DNA from: Camelus ferus
Lineage: Eukaryota
DNA: 64,000 bases
Direction: 5' to 3'
NCBI RefSeq assembly: GCF_009834535.1
Contig: NC_045696.1
Location: 78,742,001-78,806,000 of the forward strand
Shown: positions 38,870-52,277 of the stretch, in pieces
Position numbering within the stretch: position 1 is the stretch's first letter
Layout of the letters: the number at the start of each line of letters is the position of its first letter
Translations under genes and position numbers: made by a program
Notes under the pieces: generated by a model
What the model was told of the DNA's origin: nothing
Databases searched by the model: none
The model's input: the letters and a program-made list of their open reading frames with translations, nothing else

Positions 38870-39290
38870 GGTTTATTTATAATTGCCAGAAACTGGTACT
38901 AACTCAAATGCTCCTCAACTGGAGAATGGAGAACACACAGCTGGAAAGCACACTACGTTGTATCCATCCCGTGGAATGCCGCTTAAAAGGAACAAATAAC
39001 TGATACATGAAACAAAATGGATGACTATCAAACACATTATACCAAATGAAAGACATTAGACTCAAAAGGCTACATATTGCACGATTCCATTTATATGACA
39101 CGTGTGCAAAGGCAAAACTACACGCACAGAAAAGAGACCCATGATTGTCAGAAGCAGCAGTGAGCAGAAGACACAGAGGAATTTGGGGAGTTAATTTCTT
39201 TGTTTTTATTATGGTGGTAGTTACACGACAGTACACATTTGTCAAAATTCATAGAATTATACACGAGAAAGGGTGTATTTAAACATATTT
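38870..39290 (+). mobile_element. Old L1 (L1ME/MC-like) 3' end
   Basis: actgatacatgaaacaaaatggatg...gactcaaaaggctacatattgcacgattccatttatatgaca...cacatttgtcaaaattcatagaattatacac. Confidence 0.85.
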
Positions 39291-42200
39291 GCAAGCCCGG
39301 GAGGAGCCTTGTTTCACTGATTAAAAACTGAGCAGGAATGGAGGACATTTGATGATCGCAGAGAAGATGGGTGAAATTAGCCTTGCTGAGGTGGAAAGAT
39401 AACTTTTCCTCAGAGATGAAAATAACAATACCATTTGTTGAGCACATATTATGTGCCAACTAGAGCCAATCTACTAAACTTGCTTACATGAGAGGAATGC
39501 TTGATCTCGAATCCTTACAATATCCTGTGGAGGAAGTATTGCCCCCAGTTTAACAAAACTGCAGATCAGGGAGATTAAATAATTTGCACAAGTAATGGAC
39601 CTGGGCAGATGTCTGCCTGTTAAGCCCTGGTGGCTTCCTCTGGGTAATACAAAACATAAAATAAGTGATGATAGAGATTTTCAGGTGGAAAGGAAGTTGA
39701 GGAAATTATAATCAGGAGACTCTATTACAGCAGCGTGGTAAGACAGGGCTGTCTGTTGGCAGCAAGGGGATTTAGCTGGCTGAAGTGAAGTTGAAGCCTT
39801 GAGTGAGGAAAATTGAAGGAGGTTGTGATGATATTGACATTGTTTGCTGTGGTCTTTGTCCTTGTATCACAGACCGAGACAGCATTTCATTCTCAGTTAC
39901 ATTAGGAGGAAGAAATCCTGCTGTGAGATGCATGAGGCCCACAATAGTATTCATTCAGTGCAGATTATCATAAGAATGTGCGACTTGAGAGCCTCTTATT
40001 TTGTGAAGAACAGTTCTCATCTATTCCCCAAACCCCATTCATTTCTGTGCTCTGTTTATAAAGGGTATGTCGTTGAAATTACAGTGCATTTCTGAGGGTG
40101 GGAGAGGAACTTTGAAGTACAAAAAGAAATTGTAATCTGCAGATGATTGTCATACTGATCTCTGATGGATTGATTAACCTTGATTTTTCACAGATTCTTT
40201 AGGATATCAAAAAAAGAACTGGAAAGCAAAGTATAAAGTCATAACTGCAAACCCCACATTCACAACATTAATGAAACACAGTCGAGGTTCAGAGAGACCT
40301 TTTCTGTGAATACTGCTTCATTAAATGTAAAGTTCATGTCAGTCTTATTTGGTAAATGTACATTTCATGAAGCCTTGGATGTTTTCATGGTGTTAAAAGT
40401 ATCAGGAAAACTTTCATAAAGCAAAACTGAATTGATTTAAGTAGTGTTAAAAATTGTGTTTTTTACACAAATTTTAGTGTTAAAATGGAAAGAGTCTTAG
40501 AAATCATCTAGTTCAACTTCTTCATTTTGCCTGTGAGTAAAATCGTCTGGATTAAACAATTTTCTCTTAACTAATGAGAATTTGTTAACCAATTGCTACA
40601 TAACTTAAAAAAAATTGTGTTGCATTTACATGCTCCTTTTTCATCCTTTCTTCTATGTGTCTGTAAGGTGACAGAATGAAGGATATAAAAATTAACAGAA
40701 ATATTCACCATGAATCGTAATAGATGATGGCATTTTTAAAGACTATGACGTTCATTATATTTTCATTCACCCTTGAGGTAGCACAGGAGACTGAAAAGAA
40801 TGCTGGGTGAGCAGTCAGATTTCTAATCCTGCTCACTCTTTTCAGGACTCAGTTTCTTCACTTTATGTCCCTGGTCCTCCTAGGAAACAAAAATCCTACA
40901 GTTTTTGAAAAAATATTAAAATAAATGAGATTTTTAGATCAGTAAATAGAAACTCTTCCTATAAATTGGGTGATTTTAAAAAAAAACTTGAAAATTGTCA
41001 TCTCTCTGTCTTGGAATATGTTTATAAAGAAAACAGCCACCAGTCTTCAGTGGTATTGAGATATTTGGAGAGACATGTAAATCTGATAGAGTCCAGAGGT
41101 TTCTTCTAGATCTATAATCTTATGATTTTGTCCCCACCGTAGTAGATGAAATACAGTTTAAGACACGAGTTCTCGTCATTGCAGACTTCATTATCTACAG
41201 GTTCATGACATTTTCTGCACTGCTATTGGCTCACACGTGTGCCATAGCACCCAGAGTTGGTATCAAGGCTGTAAATAGATGACATTTTGAACTTTTATAA
41301 GAAAATAATTTAAGTAGACCTGCACTGAGAAACTGAAATTGAGTATTTACTGTATTAAAGCTGGTGTTTTGGTTAGAAGCAGAGTCCTGAAACCACATTT
41401 AAAAGTTTTCAGAGATAATCTTATAAAATGGAAAAAAAAAATCTTCAGACATAAAAGGGTTTTCCTTTACCCAGGAATGATAATGACAACACCACTGCTC
41501 TTTTACCGTCTTGCTGGGACTTTTTCTCACCATGGCAGTTACAGAAGAATGAAAGCTTCACGCCTTGAGAAGGCTGCATTTTTCTGTCTGGAGCTCTTCC
41601 ATTTGGTCACGCTGTTAAAGGCACAGCTCTTTCCTAAGGGAGACCTTGCCTGCTTCATAGCAGCCCCATTTACTCTGCCGGCAGCTGCTCCATTCCCTTC
41701 TACTCCATGCAGACTAACCTTTTTGAAACAGGGTAAATGCAGAGCAACCTTATTAAAACAGGGTAGAAGTGTTTCTATGGAAAGTGCATCACTGTTGGTT
41801 TAACCAGTTATTATAAATGTAAAAGAATATAGTTCCAGTTTTTAGAAAAAAAGAGAAAATATCCTACAAGTTTTATCTGGACATCTCCAGGAATGAAGAG
41901 ACCTAAAATAAAACAAGACTGCTAACTTTTGCACAGCATGGATATTTGGCTTACTCTTTTGCAGTGCAGGGGAAAAGTACAAAGATGGAGCCCCACTCCC
42001 CTGGAGGATATGAAAGGAAAAACCTGAGGAACAAAGTTCATTCTCCTTTACCTTCTTTACCTGTGTGCCCAACAATGTCAGGATCCTCTCATAGAAGAAA
42101 GAGGGGCTAGAGATTTAGTGATTCTGCACTCTCTTTGATTTTTCATTTACTTATATTTTTCATCTTTTCTTTTTCAGTTGTCCAGAGACCTAAGGTATAA

Positions 42201-42924
42201 AACATCATTTTGGCTTTCTTTGGTGCAATGTCAAAGGGAGTCTCCTCTGACAGACAACTCTTTGCCCTCACATCTCAGTAATGTAATTTCATCTAATCTT
42301 TCCCTTCTTTTTCCTGCTTAAAATTTGAGCTCTTTCTAGAAACCTAGATCAGATTCACAGATATTAAACCTTTAAAATATGTACATATTCCTTATTATCA
42401 TGAAAACCACTTCCTAGCTTAAAACGTATAGTAGAAGCTTTTGTTGTATGTGAAGATGGCAATTCAAACATATCCCCTAAGTCCAAATCAATAGCAACTA
42501 GTCTCTTGAGATAAGCAGCTGTTGAATCAACTAACTGAGGGCCTAGAGGATATAAGCCAGGCCTTGGCTCTTCCAGGAGCAGATGGAAGGAAAGGGAGGA
42601 CCTTTTGTCCTTCTGGGCTTATGACACATCCAGAGACCAACAGTAAAGAGATATGATGTGCTTATCAAAATACTGTGAATTCTGGAGAGAGTTTGCCCTA
42701 GGAGACCCACAAATCCCCAGGAGGAAAGATGAATGTTCCTGGGAAAACCAGCTGGTCTCCCCAATCCAGCAAGGAAGCCAAATAGGTGGTACAGGTCCTT
42801 TCTCAGAGCCAGGCCTGGGAAATGCTAGCTTTTGCACATGAGGAGGCTGCAAGCAGACAGGTTTTGTGATGTTTCCACATGGGGTGGCTGACAAACTTGG
42901 CTGCTACATGCTAGTCCATTGCTA

Positions 42925-43082
42925 TGGATAGTGTGGTCCGTGACCCTAGCAACAGTGGTATCACCTGGTTGCTTAATAAAAATGCAGAATCTCAGGCTGT
43001 GACCCAGATCTCCTGGATCAGAACCAGGATTTCAACAAGACTCCCAGATGGCATACAGGTACACCAAAGTCTGAGACACCGA
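42925..43082. mobile_element. MER5A-like hAT MITE
   Basis: tcacctggttgcttaataaaaatgcagaatctcaggc...cccagatc...ttcaacaagactcccagatg...aaagtctgagacac. Confidence 0.75.
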
Positions 43083-43459
43083 TATATGCAGAGATAGCTG
43101 CATCTCTCTTCACCACTGATATTATCACCACTGTGGTAGATTAGCAACTGGACCCAAATCCCACTGAGAAAATTTTTAAAAATCCAATGTGGTTCTGGTT
43201 CTTAGCCAAGAACTGTTAGATGGGACTGAGGAGCACTTCAAGAGATAAAATATGATCATTCTTAAAATACTGAGAAACTTGGTGTCTGATAGATAATATA
43301 TATCTATATATACTTTTGATCTAGTAATTTTACTCTTGGAAATCTATTATGTAGAATTAAAAGGAAGCGTTAGTATGTATTATTTTACAGCATCTATTCT
43401 AATGTTAAAAAACTAGATGCAGGTAAATGCCCCTCCACAAGGGTATGTTTGAATACATT

Positions 43460-44270
43460 TTTTTAAAAGAAAACATTTTATTATAGAAAATTTAAGCATA
43501 CATAAAAACAGACATTGTAATACAATGAATCCCTACAAATTCATCAAATCACATTGAATATTATCAACACTTTTTCTAATTTTATTTTATGTATCTACCC
43601 CTCCGTTTTTTTTCCTAGACTACCAAAAGGTATCATTTCACCCATAAATACTTCAAATAAGAATTCTTTAAAAAATACTGCAATATCGTTATACCTAGGA
43701 AAATGAATAGTAATTCTTTAGTATCTAATATCACTTTTTCAAATGTCCTCTTTGACTCAAAAAAGCTTTTTACAGTTGATTTCTTTGAATCAGAATCCAA
43801 ATAAAACCTACACATTGCATTTTATTGGTATGTTTCTCAATTCTCTTTTCATCTAAAGTGTTCCTTCTGTACTGTTGTATGCAATTTATTTGTTGAGGAA
43901 ACTTGGTTATTTGTTTTGTGGCATTTTCTAAATTCTAGATTTAGCTGTTTGTTTCCTTGGGATTTTATTTAACATATTACTTGATTCTTCATTTTTTTTT
44001 TCCATGCGTATTGGTCAGCCATTGGAAATTGAGGGTCTACCAGATTTTAGTTAAATTATTTGGATAGAAATATTTCATATGTGGTGCTAAATACTGCTGT
44101 TACAACACACCTGTAGGCATATGTCTCCTTATCCCACTTTTCAGTGTTAACATTGATTAGTGGGTTCAGGTGTTATGGGTCTGATCACCAACCTATTCTT
44201 CACCCAAAGGGTTTAGTTAGCATCCATTGATGATCATTGCCTAGATCTATTACTTCATTAGTGGTTTTCT
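43460..44270 (-). mobile_element. Old L1 (L1MC-like) nested within an L1ME remnant
   Basis: ttttattatagaaaatttaagcatacataaaaa...tttgaatcagaatccaaataaaacctacacattgcat...catccattgatgatcattgcctagatctattacttcattag. Confidence 0.75.
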
Positions 44271-47049
44271 AGTTTAATACACTTTGGTACATATATACTA
44301 TGACACAACTTTAAGGTAGTTATTCTTACCTCCATTTAACAGATGAGAAATGGAGCTTTACAGAGGTTAAGTAACCACTGGACCCAAGAGCAGAACCAGA
44401 ACAATCAGAGGTTCCTCATCCCCTTGCCCTCTGTAAGTTTGGCCACTGCTCTCACAGCCAGAGCAATTGTCAAGACACAGCTTTGAGAGAGCACTGTATT
44501 GTTGAGACCATCTGGATGGTGTATGTGACTGAACCCAGGTAAGTCCCTAGGATTCTGGTGGGCAGGTGCAGAGATCTACTTGTCTTGCAGCTGCCCAAGA
44601 TAAGCCTCCTATGAAAGTTTCCTTGCTTTTTAACCTGCCACCTGCCAATCTGGAGTGGTATCCTCATTCTTCAGTTTCTCCTTACCCTCTATGTGTGGGG
44701 TCCAGTTTCAGATTTCACCTAGAGAACTTCCAAAGTTTCAAATCAAAAGTAACGAGATAAAGAATGGCTTACACCCCTCCATCCCTCACTGGAGAAGAGG
44801 CCCTTGGGATTCTTCCTGTCCACAGGAAAATTCTCCTGGTGCACTTTCTCTATGCCCTCACCTACACTGGGAAGTATCTTTAATAATTGTAAATTTTATA
44901 GATTAAAACAATTGCATCTAATTTCTGTAATTTTGTTACTGTATGTCTGTATGTCTGTGTGTGCTAAGCCCATGTGCATGAATATGTATGTATGTTTACA
45001 AACCTATATATTATGCTCCATAAATTTTCTTATGCAACAACTCGATAATAAATAAAAATAAACATTGTGTGTTTTCCCTGAGACTGTCTGCTTCTTGACT
45101 CCCTGCTTGAGGGGATTGCTTGCTTTCTTGTTCTTCCACTTAATCTGTCTTGTCTCGCCCCTTTTCCTGAGCTGGTTACTAACTGCTCAGTTAGTCTTGG
45201 ACGCAGTAATGATGAGTTTTCTAGGTACTGAAACTATCAGTGGGCAGAGATTGTGGCGTTCATAATCTGGCAAAACCTGGCTAGGGTGTGCAGTGGCAGT
45301 CTTCTATAAACTGGGATATTGGAGCTATAGCTCCAACAATGGCCGTATGGGGTCTTGACACATCCCATAGTATCAGGCAGTTTGGGTACCTAAAGAACAC
45401 CCCTTAGGTAAAAAGGCAGGGTGTGGAGAGGCTTATGCCCTTTATCCTCTGGAGGTGACTTGCCTTATCTTCATTGTTAACAAGACATGATTGTGAATAT
45501 TTCCAAGTTAATATTAAACTTTTCATTTGTAACTAGAAAGAAGTATTTATCATTAATCATTTAAAATATTAGTGCTATCACTTAGCATTAAGTGATACTG
45601 TTAACATTTATTAACATACACTTATTGATTATAGACATAATATCTGGTAATAATAAATGCTGTGAAAATGCAGAATATATAACTCAGAAAACAAATATCA
45701 TTGTATTCTAACCATGCAAAGATAACAGAATAAATATTAATATCTAAGCATATTCATTTGCATGCCAGATATTGTCATAGTTCTATATGCTAGGCACTAG
45801 ATAGCAATGCAGACCCTTAGTAATATATCTCAGTGAACTTTATAAGCTAATATGTAAATTTTATTTTTAATAGCTACTCAGCATTTCATCACATGGGTAT
45901 AATTTATCTAACCATTCCTATGTTATAGGAGATTAAGGCTATTTCCACAGTTTTACTTATTTTCAATAAGACAAGAATGTAATATTCATGAGGGCAGAGA
46001 CACTCTATTCTGCAATGCCAGCTTAATGTAGAACTTGAAACTTGGTAGGCAAAAAAGAAAAATTTGCTTAATGAGTATATTGAATGAATAATGTCATACC
46101 AAGTATCTTTGTATAAAGCTCTATCTGTTTTTCTGATTATTTCTTTGTTATTTCCTAAGAGTGGAACTTTTTTGATCAAATAGTAGGAGCTTTGTATCCA
46201 CTCCTCACTGTGTGCACTTTCCAGGCTTTATAATTAACTTTTTAAAAATGTATTTGAAAAAAAGTAATTATTCATATGGCAAAAATGTACAGAACAGTAT
46301 GTCACTATATTCCTAAACATAACCATGTGTTTAGTTCCTTGTTTATATGTGAATTTTTAAAAAGTTAAATATGTGATTTATATCTACTTTTAAAGATTTT
46401 TAAGAAAAATATAAGAAAACAGATGGAAAATACCAAAAAATAAAAAGTAAGAGAATTAGAATTAAAGAATTTAGTATCAGTCCAGCAGGACCAAGACTCA
46501 ACTAGCAGAAATACCAGAAACAGAAATGATGGAACATATTAGTGTAAAGACAGCCTAAACAAAGTCCCCAAATCTGAACACACCAATGATTCCTACTATC
46601 TCTCTAAGGCTATTAGTTCTAGTCTTTAAACAGTATTTTCTCCTTTAAAGTTTGTACTTTATTTTATTCATCAGCACATCCCTGTCTGATAACGCCCAAG
46701 AGTCCTCCCTATTTCACCTTTTTCCTCTCATTCCTGCTGCCCTCTGAGAAATGTGTTTTCCATCTCCTGGTTTCAGCCACTCTCCACTCTACCTAAAGGT
46801 TGAGTGAGCAGGTTCAACTCAAGGATGTTACTATTCAGGATTCTGTCAATTGGAAGATGTCTTCTCCAGATCCTGCCTGAAGAACTTTTCAAAGACCTTA
46901 CAGTTTTTCACCCCATTCCAAGGATATCTGCTTAGACCACTAGCCATATTTCCCCATTATTTTATCTTTCTTTACCCAACAGTTGTTATACTTGTCTATC
47001 CTAAGTAGAAGTCAAGCATTGAACAAAAGAGCATACAACATAGCTGATG

Positions 47050-47630
47050 ATTCCCAAATTTATGTCTCCAGTTCTTAACTCTTACCTCAAATCCCAAGGT
47101 CAAATATCCAGCTGCCAACAGTTTATTAGGCTTCTCGAACTTTACAGGTTCAGGAATTGCAAACAAAGTTATAGGCATCCTCTCTCTACCTTCTAGCCTA
47201 TTTTTGTACCATTCTCTTCCTGATTCATTGCACTGCTGCCGCACTGGCTTTCCTTCTGTTTCCAGAAAACACCAGTCTTGTGCCAAATTCAGGAGCTTTC
47301 CACTGTCTGTTCTCTCTGAGCCTCCCCCCTCAGATATACACCTGGCTGACTTCATCACATCATCTGGGTCTCCATTCTAATGTCATGTCCTCAGAGGACC
47401 CTTCTCTGACTAAACTAAAGAATCCCCCTTCTCCATTTTTTAATATCCCATTATGTTTCATTTTATTTACAGCACTTTGAATTTTTATCTTATTTATTTG
47501 TTCATTGTCTGTCTCTCTCCACTAATAACATGCTCTGTTAGAGTAGGGACATTATCTGTCTTCTTCACTATGTATCTTTAAGCAACAAGAAAATACCATG
47601 TGGTACACAGTAGGTGCATTAAATGATATT
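47050..47630 (+). mobile_element. L2 3' portion
   Basis: gattcccaaatttatgtctccag...cccctcagatatacacctggctgacttc...tggtacacagtaggtgcattaaat. Confidence 0.75.
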
Positions 47631-47909
47631 ATTTTTCAAAGAATCCAAAACAACCATTTTTTTTCAAACTGTAGAACATATCACTATTTCTTGTGTTGAG
47701 CATTAAAGAAAGTAGTTGGTTTGTTTAAACACCATGCTGTAAAAATATTATGCATCTTTAGTCTCAAGGTTTAAATTACGCTGATATAATGTGGCATAGG
47801 GGATCTTACAAAGGAAAAAAACCTACAAAGGAGAAAAACAATTCATACCTTCTGTTTCATTCTCTGTGGATTTTTATTTCCAATTATAACTTTAGTCTCA
47901 TTTTAGTTT

Positions 47910-48186
47910 GTCCTCCCCATAGATAAGATTTATTGAGGTACCCAATTGTAGAATTATCCTTGCTTTCCTGACAGTACCCAACTCACAGCAAAGCCCTACT
48001 TCCTTGGACCCTCTCCAAAATCACTCAACTAAAATCCAAATCCTTTAATAAGTTCTTTCTGACACTTTCGTACTGAGACACCCCAGGATTCCTCATGATG
48101 TGTGTTCTCTCTTCAGGCAACCAGTAATAAACTCAACTTGTTCAATTACCTGTGTTCTTGGGTCTTTGGCTGGAGGACACTGTTAC
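47910..48186 (+). mobile_element. ERV1 LTR 3' part (MER31/MER67-like)
   Basis: gtgtgttctctcttcaggcaaccagtAATAAActcaacttgttcaattac...ggtctttggctggaggacactgttaCA. Confidence 0.6.
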
Positions 48187-48412
48187 ATCTGACAGCTTGT
48201 TACACCTGGTGGCAAGTGGTAAAACCCCATCTATACCCAGGTATCTCCATAGAAGGGAAATTCTAAGACTCTTCTTTGGATTTTTGGCATAGCAGTAATA
48301 CACTATACACCTAAGCAGAGAGCTGCAGCTGCTAAGATCTGCTCATAGAAATACCACATTTTCTTTCTCCAAAAGACCACAGCCCAATTTAAATACAAAG
48401 GCAGCATGTGTC

Positions 48413-48580
48413 TGAAGTTAGCAACACTGAAACTATAATGTGCATATGAATCACCTGGAGATCTTGTTTTTTAAAAAAAAAATGCAGGTTCCTATTCAGT
48501 AGGTCTGGATGGGATAGGACATTCTGTTCTTTTAACAAGTTCCAGGGTGACATTGAGGACTAAACTTTGAGTGACAAGTT
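48413..48580. mobile_element. MER5A-like hAT MITE
   Basis: gcatatgaatcacctggagatcttg...aaatgcaggttcctattcagtaggtctgg...taacaagttccagggtga...actttgagtgacaag. Confidence 0.75.
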
Positions 48581-48849
48581 TGTCAAGGCCTAGAGACTGC
48601 AGGCTTGAGCTCGTGTCCCCGTTTTCCCTTGGTTAGGATGCTCAGAAGACCCCGGGTAGATAAAATTTAAGTTGTGTCCTGAAATCATAGACTTCTCCTG
48701 CCCTTTCCTATTATTTTGGGCCAAGGGGTAGAAAAAGATGGAAGACTTTGTATTTAAATTGGAAGTGTATGTATGCTTGTGTTCCTAATCTTTGGGAATA
48801 ACCAATAGCAAAAGGTATTGAGGTTATTTGTAGCAAGATGTGTTATCAG

Positions 48850-49440
48850 AGTGTCTTTGTTTGGATTCCCCCAGAAACAAACACTGAGATGAAGATTTGA
48901 GAGTCAGGAGGTGATCCCAGGAAACACAAGTAGGAGAGTAAGGAAGTGAGGCAGGAAAAAGAATGAATTTGACAGAGAGTAAATAGGCATGCAAGTTACA
49001 ACTGTGGTAATCCCACTGAGGAACTGGGAATCTGCGCAGACCACACCTTATTTATTACCTCAGTAGTGGAGTAAGTACTCTCTGTGGGTTGAGATTTGCT
49101 TCTAGGGGTGTTAACTATAATCACTTAAAATTTTTTTTTAAATTTATTTATTTAAAAAAATTCTTTTTTTTTTTTTGAAGTGGGTGGGTAACTAGGTTTA
49201 CTTACGTATTATTTTCTTTTTATTTAACAGAGGTACTGGGGATCGAACCCATGACCTCATGCATGCTAAGCATGTGCTCTACCACTGAGCTGTATCCTCC
49301 TCCCAATTCCTATCACTTTTGTCTTGCCTTGATAGCAAGCCTTTCATGCTACCAAGCCAAGAAAAAGTAAAAAAAGAAAAAAAAGCAGGCCTACGTTAGG
49401 AAGTGGCACTTGTTCACAGCATGGCAGCCTTCAGCCTAGA
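48850..49440. mobile_element. ERVL LTR (LTR16-like), interrupted by a SINE
   Basis: ggattcccccagaaacaaacactgagatgaagatttgagagt...ggaggtgatcccaggaaacac...ggaagtgaggcaggaa. Confidence 0.6.
49127..49304 (-). mobile_element. Camelid tRNA-derived SINE (Vic-1-like)
   Basis: Minus strand reads GGGAGGAGGATACAGCTCAGTGGTAGAGCACATGCTTAGCATGCATGAGGTCATGGGTTCGATCCCCAGTACCTC (A and B boxes), then AAACCTAGTTACCC and an A-rich tail. Partial TSD (...atcactt). Confidence 0.85.
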
Positions 49441-50169
49441 GGTGAGCACTGAGATGTGGGTGGGATGCAGACAGCAACTGCTTCCTGAGTAGCAGGAGGG
49501 CCCTGCTAACACACAGGTGAGAGTCAATTCATCTTTCACCCTCAAGAAACAGTAGATGGTTCTGATCAAGGGAAGAAGCTGCCTGAAGCTAGCTTCTGTC
49601 ACCAACAGCCTTTCCCCCTGAGGGTTGACAGCAGGGCCTCCTGAGAGACCCTGGGGCATCTTTTCAAAAGGATGAGACCTTGCTCTTCAGATAAATGCAC
49701 TCTTCCAGCCCCTGTAACTGCTATCTGGTGATGCCTGTTCTGCAAATCTAACAGGGTGAACTCTAGGCATTCTTCACAAGCAGTCTGTTGATCACTGTTA
49801 GTTCAGCAATTAACAGTATGATAATTCACACACTCTCATTTTCTCCCAGACTCCTTTCTCACTACCACAACTGGAGAGGCATATGGGCTATGATGCAGTA
49901 ATGATCCTACTAACCAACAGCTCTTTAAAACGATCCCTCAGGTCATTAATCTCCCAAAAAGCAATCCTCTTAGATTGTTCTGGAAATGCCCTGGAGTCAC
50001 TTAACACGATGGTATGCTGCTCCCCTTGGGCACATCCCAGGAGGCAGGCATGCAGGGACTGACTTCAGTTTTCTGTTCACATGCTGAGGACACTTCAGAG
50101 TGCAAGACTAGGCTCAGGCCACAGGTGTTTCTAAGACAACAATACCAAGGAGCAGGGAACAAGGGGTTT

Positions 50170-50717
50170 TGGAGGAGAAAATATCACCCTTTCCTCTCTG
50201 GGTTCTTTTGGCTGGTCAAGTAATTAAAATGACATAAGACAGATTAATAGGAGAAAATAAAATTTAATATGTGCATATGGGGAACTTACCTAAGCATGAG
50301 AACTCCAACAACAGTAAGGTGAGATGAGCTATGTATGTCATTCTGAACTAAAAAGAAGGAGGAAGAGGTTTGAGAATTCAAAGCAAAGCAAAGCAAAGCA
50401 AGGTCATCCACAGAAAGATGAAGAGAGTTAGTGTTTGGTAAATAAGTGCTTGCTGGGTCATCTAGAGACGATAGGACACAGAGGGGACTTTGACTAGCGG
50501 ACCTTGCTAGGTTCCTCCCCGTCTACCACACCTAGTTCATATTATATTATAGGATCTGACAGCTCCTTCCTGGAAGAGGCTTTCTATCCAATTCGTTTAA
50601 GGTAGTTAGGGAGAAGTTCATAGTTTCTTCCTGAGTCTTTTGGATCTTGCCTGTTTTCAGTCAGAAGTCACATGCCAGAGTGACACATCTTGAGTCAGCC
50701 TGCCCTGAATTCCATCA
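50170..50717 (-). mobile_element. Solo ERV1 LTR (MER34-like)
   Basis: Minus strand begins TGATGGAATTCAGGGCAGGCTGACTCAAGATGTGTCACTCTGGCATG and ends ...ttttctcctattaatctgtcttatgtcattttaatt...ttttctcctcCA. Confidence 0.7.
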
Positions 50718-52177
50718 GGATCATTTTATTTTTTAAAAGCATTGTATGTTAGACATGTGTGGTTAAATGGCTCCTGGTGCTTGATGCTGTCCATGGTGCT
50801 CTGCAAGCTGTCGAGGGAGTTATCCCTCAATAGACCCACGACAGCCAAATCTGCTGAGCAGAACACACCACACAGCCGCTTACTAGTTCTTCCTTTACAG
50901 TCTCTTTAATATATCTTGATATCACGACAATATACCTGGTAGGACTTGCTCACTGTACCCAAACCTAGTCTTTTCGGGCAGATGTTAAGTCTAGAAGCAC
51001 TAGAGCATTATATTTATCCAGTTTCATAAGGCGTGGTCTTTCTCCCCTCCTAATTTCTGGGATAATCTACAGTTCCCAAGGGTAGAGATAACAGGTCTGA
51101 GTTGAGTCTATACTTAGGAGGGGTCTTGCCTGTTCTTTCACTGTTCCACAGGGTTCTGCAACTTCTGATCTACTGTCGTAACTTTCTGACCTGCCCCTTG
51201 AGGTCTCTGTTCCTGACTGTGAGAGAGTGGCTTCCCTGGTGTCATCACTATACTGACCTCACTGAAATTCCCCTATGTTTCTAGCAGAAGGAAAGTTTTC
51301 AGTGCTTTTATAGGCCTTGTTTCTTTCTTTTTTGGAGGAGGAAGTAGGGAAAGAAAGAGAATTAGGTTGTATTTTGGGGAGAGGGAAGAATACCTGGCCT
51401 TTTGTAATTACAGAAGCCTCTGCGCCTAGACTTGACCCAGGACAAAGATCTATGTCCCCAGCAACGCCCACCACCAAGGCCTAGGATAGACCACTGCTAC
51501 TGGCTTTTTATTTGGTCCCAGTAAGCTTCCAAAATTGCTGCTTTTACCTTCTCCTCTGGTGTAAAATTCATTATCAGTGAGAAATCGGGGAAAAGGGTCA
51601 ATTGTTCAAATGTCTCATGTACTATTAAGCTTCCAAAGCTTCCAGAGCTCCTGTTAGTTAGAAAGCTCCTGTTTTTGCTGCTGAAATAAGAAAGGCTTGC
51701 TAATTTTAACTCAGAAAAGATTTTCTCTATTACCCTTTACAGCAGCCTTTCTAGCACAAATGATGAAGTGAAGATCTTTTTCTTCACTCATGATGTTGTC
51801 ATGAATTAAACTTCCAGATTCCTGTAACTCATAATTTGCACTCACTTGGTTGACCTGGAAATTTCCATAAGGTAGTTCCAGCTGCACATAACACATCAAG
51901 TGTGGAGACTGAATCCTGAGAATAACCTGGGCCTCTTTCCCGTCGCCCTGTGCTGTGGGAGCAGGGATGCCCCACTGTCACTGGTGTTATTGTAGCTTCT
52001 CAATACCCAGGACTGGCCTGTCAGAATGTCACCTCCTGCACTGATAGCCTTTCCCACTTCCATGCTTCCCCTCTCCCCATGCAGCTGTCTATGAGAAAAG
52101 GGGGTGACACAAAGAATTTAATTTTGCCCACCAAATACTGGTCACTGACATTTCTATCTGCTTTCAACCTTACCCCT

Positions 52178-52277
52178 NNNNNNNNNNNNNNNNNNNNNNN
52201 NNNNNNNNNNNNNNNNNNNNNNNNNNNNNNNNNNNNNNNNNNNNNNNNNNNNNNNNNNNNNNNNNNNNNNNNNNNNN
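52178..52277. other. Assembly gap (100 N)
   Basis: Exactly 100 N, the usual placeholder for a gap of unknown size, so distances across it are unreliable. Confidence 0.99.

Noticed and set aside
49233..49304. tRNA gene
   Set aside because: It has A and B boxes but continues into a SINE body and A-rich tail with a partial TSD, so it is a tRNA-derived SINE.
50567..50575. GAS motif TTCCTGGAA in the solo LTR as a MER41-type interferon enhancer
   Set aside because: The LTR looks MER34-like rather than MER41-like, and a single 9-mer is expected by chance.
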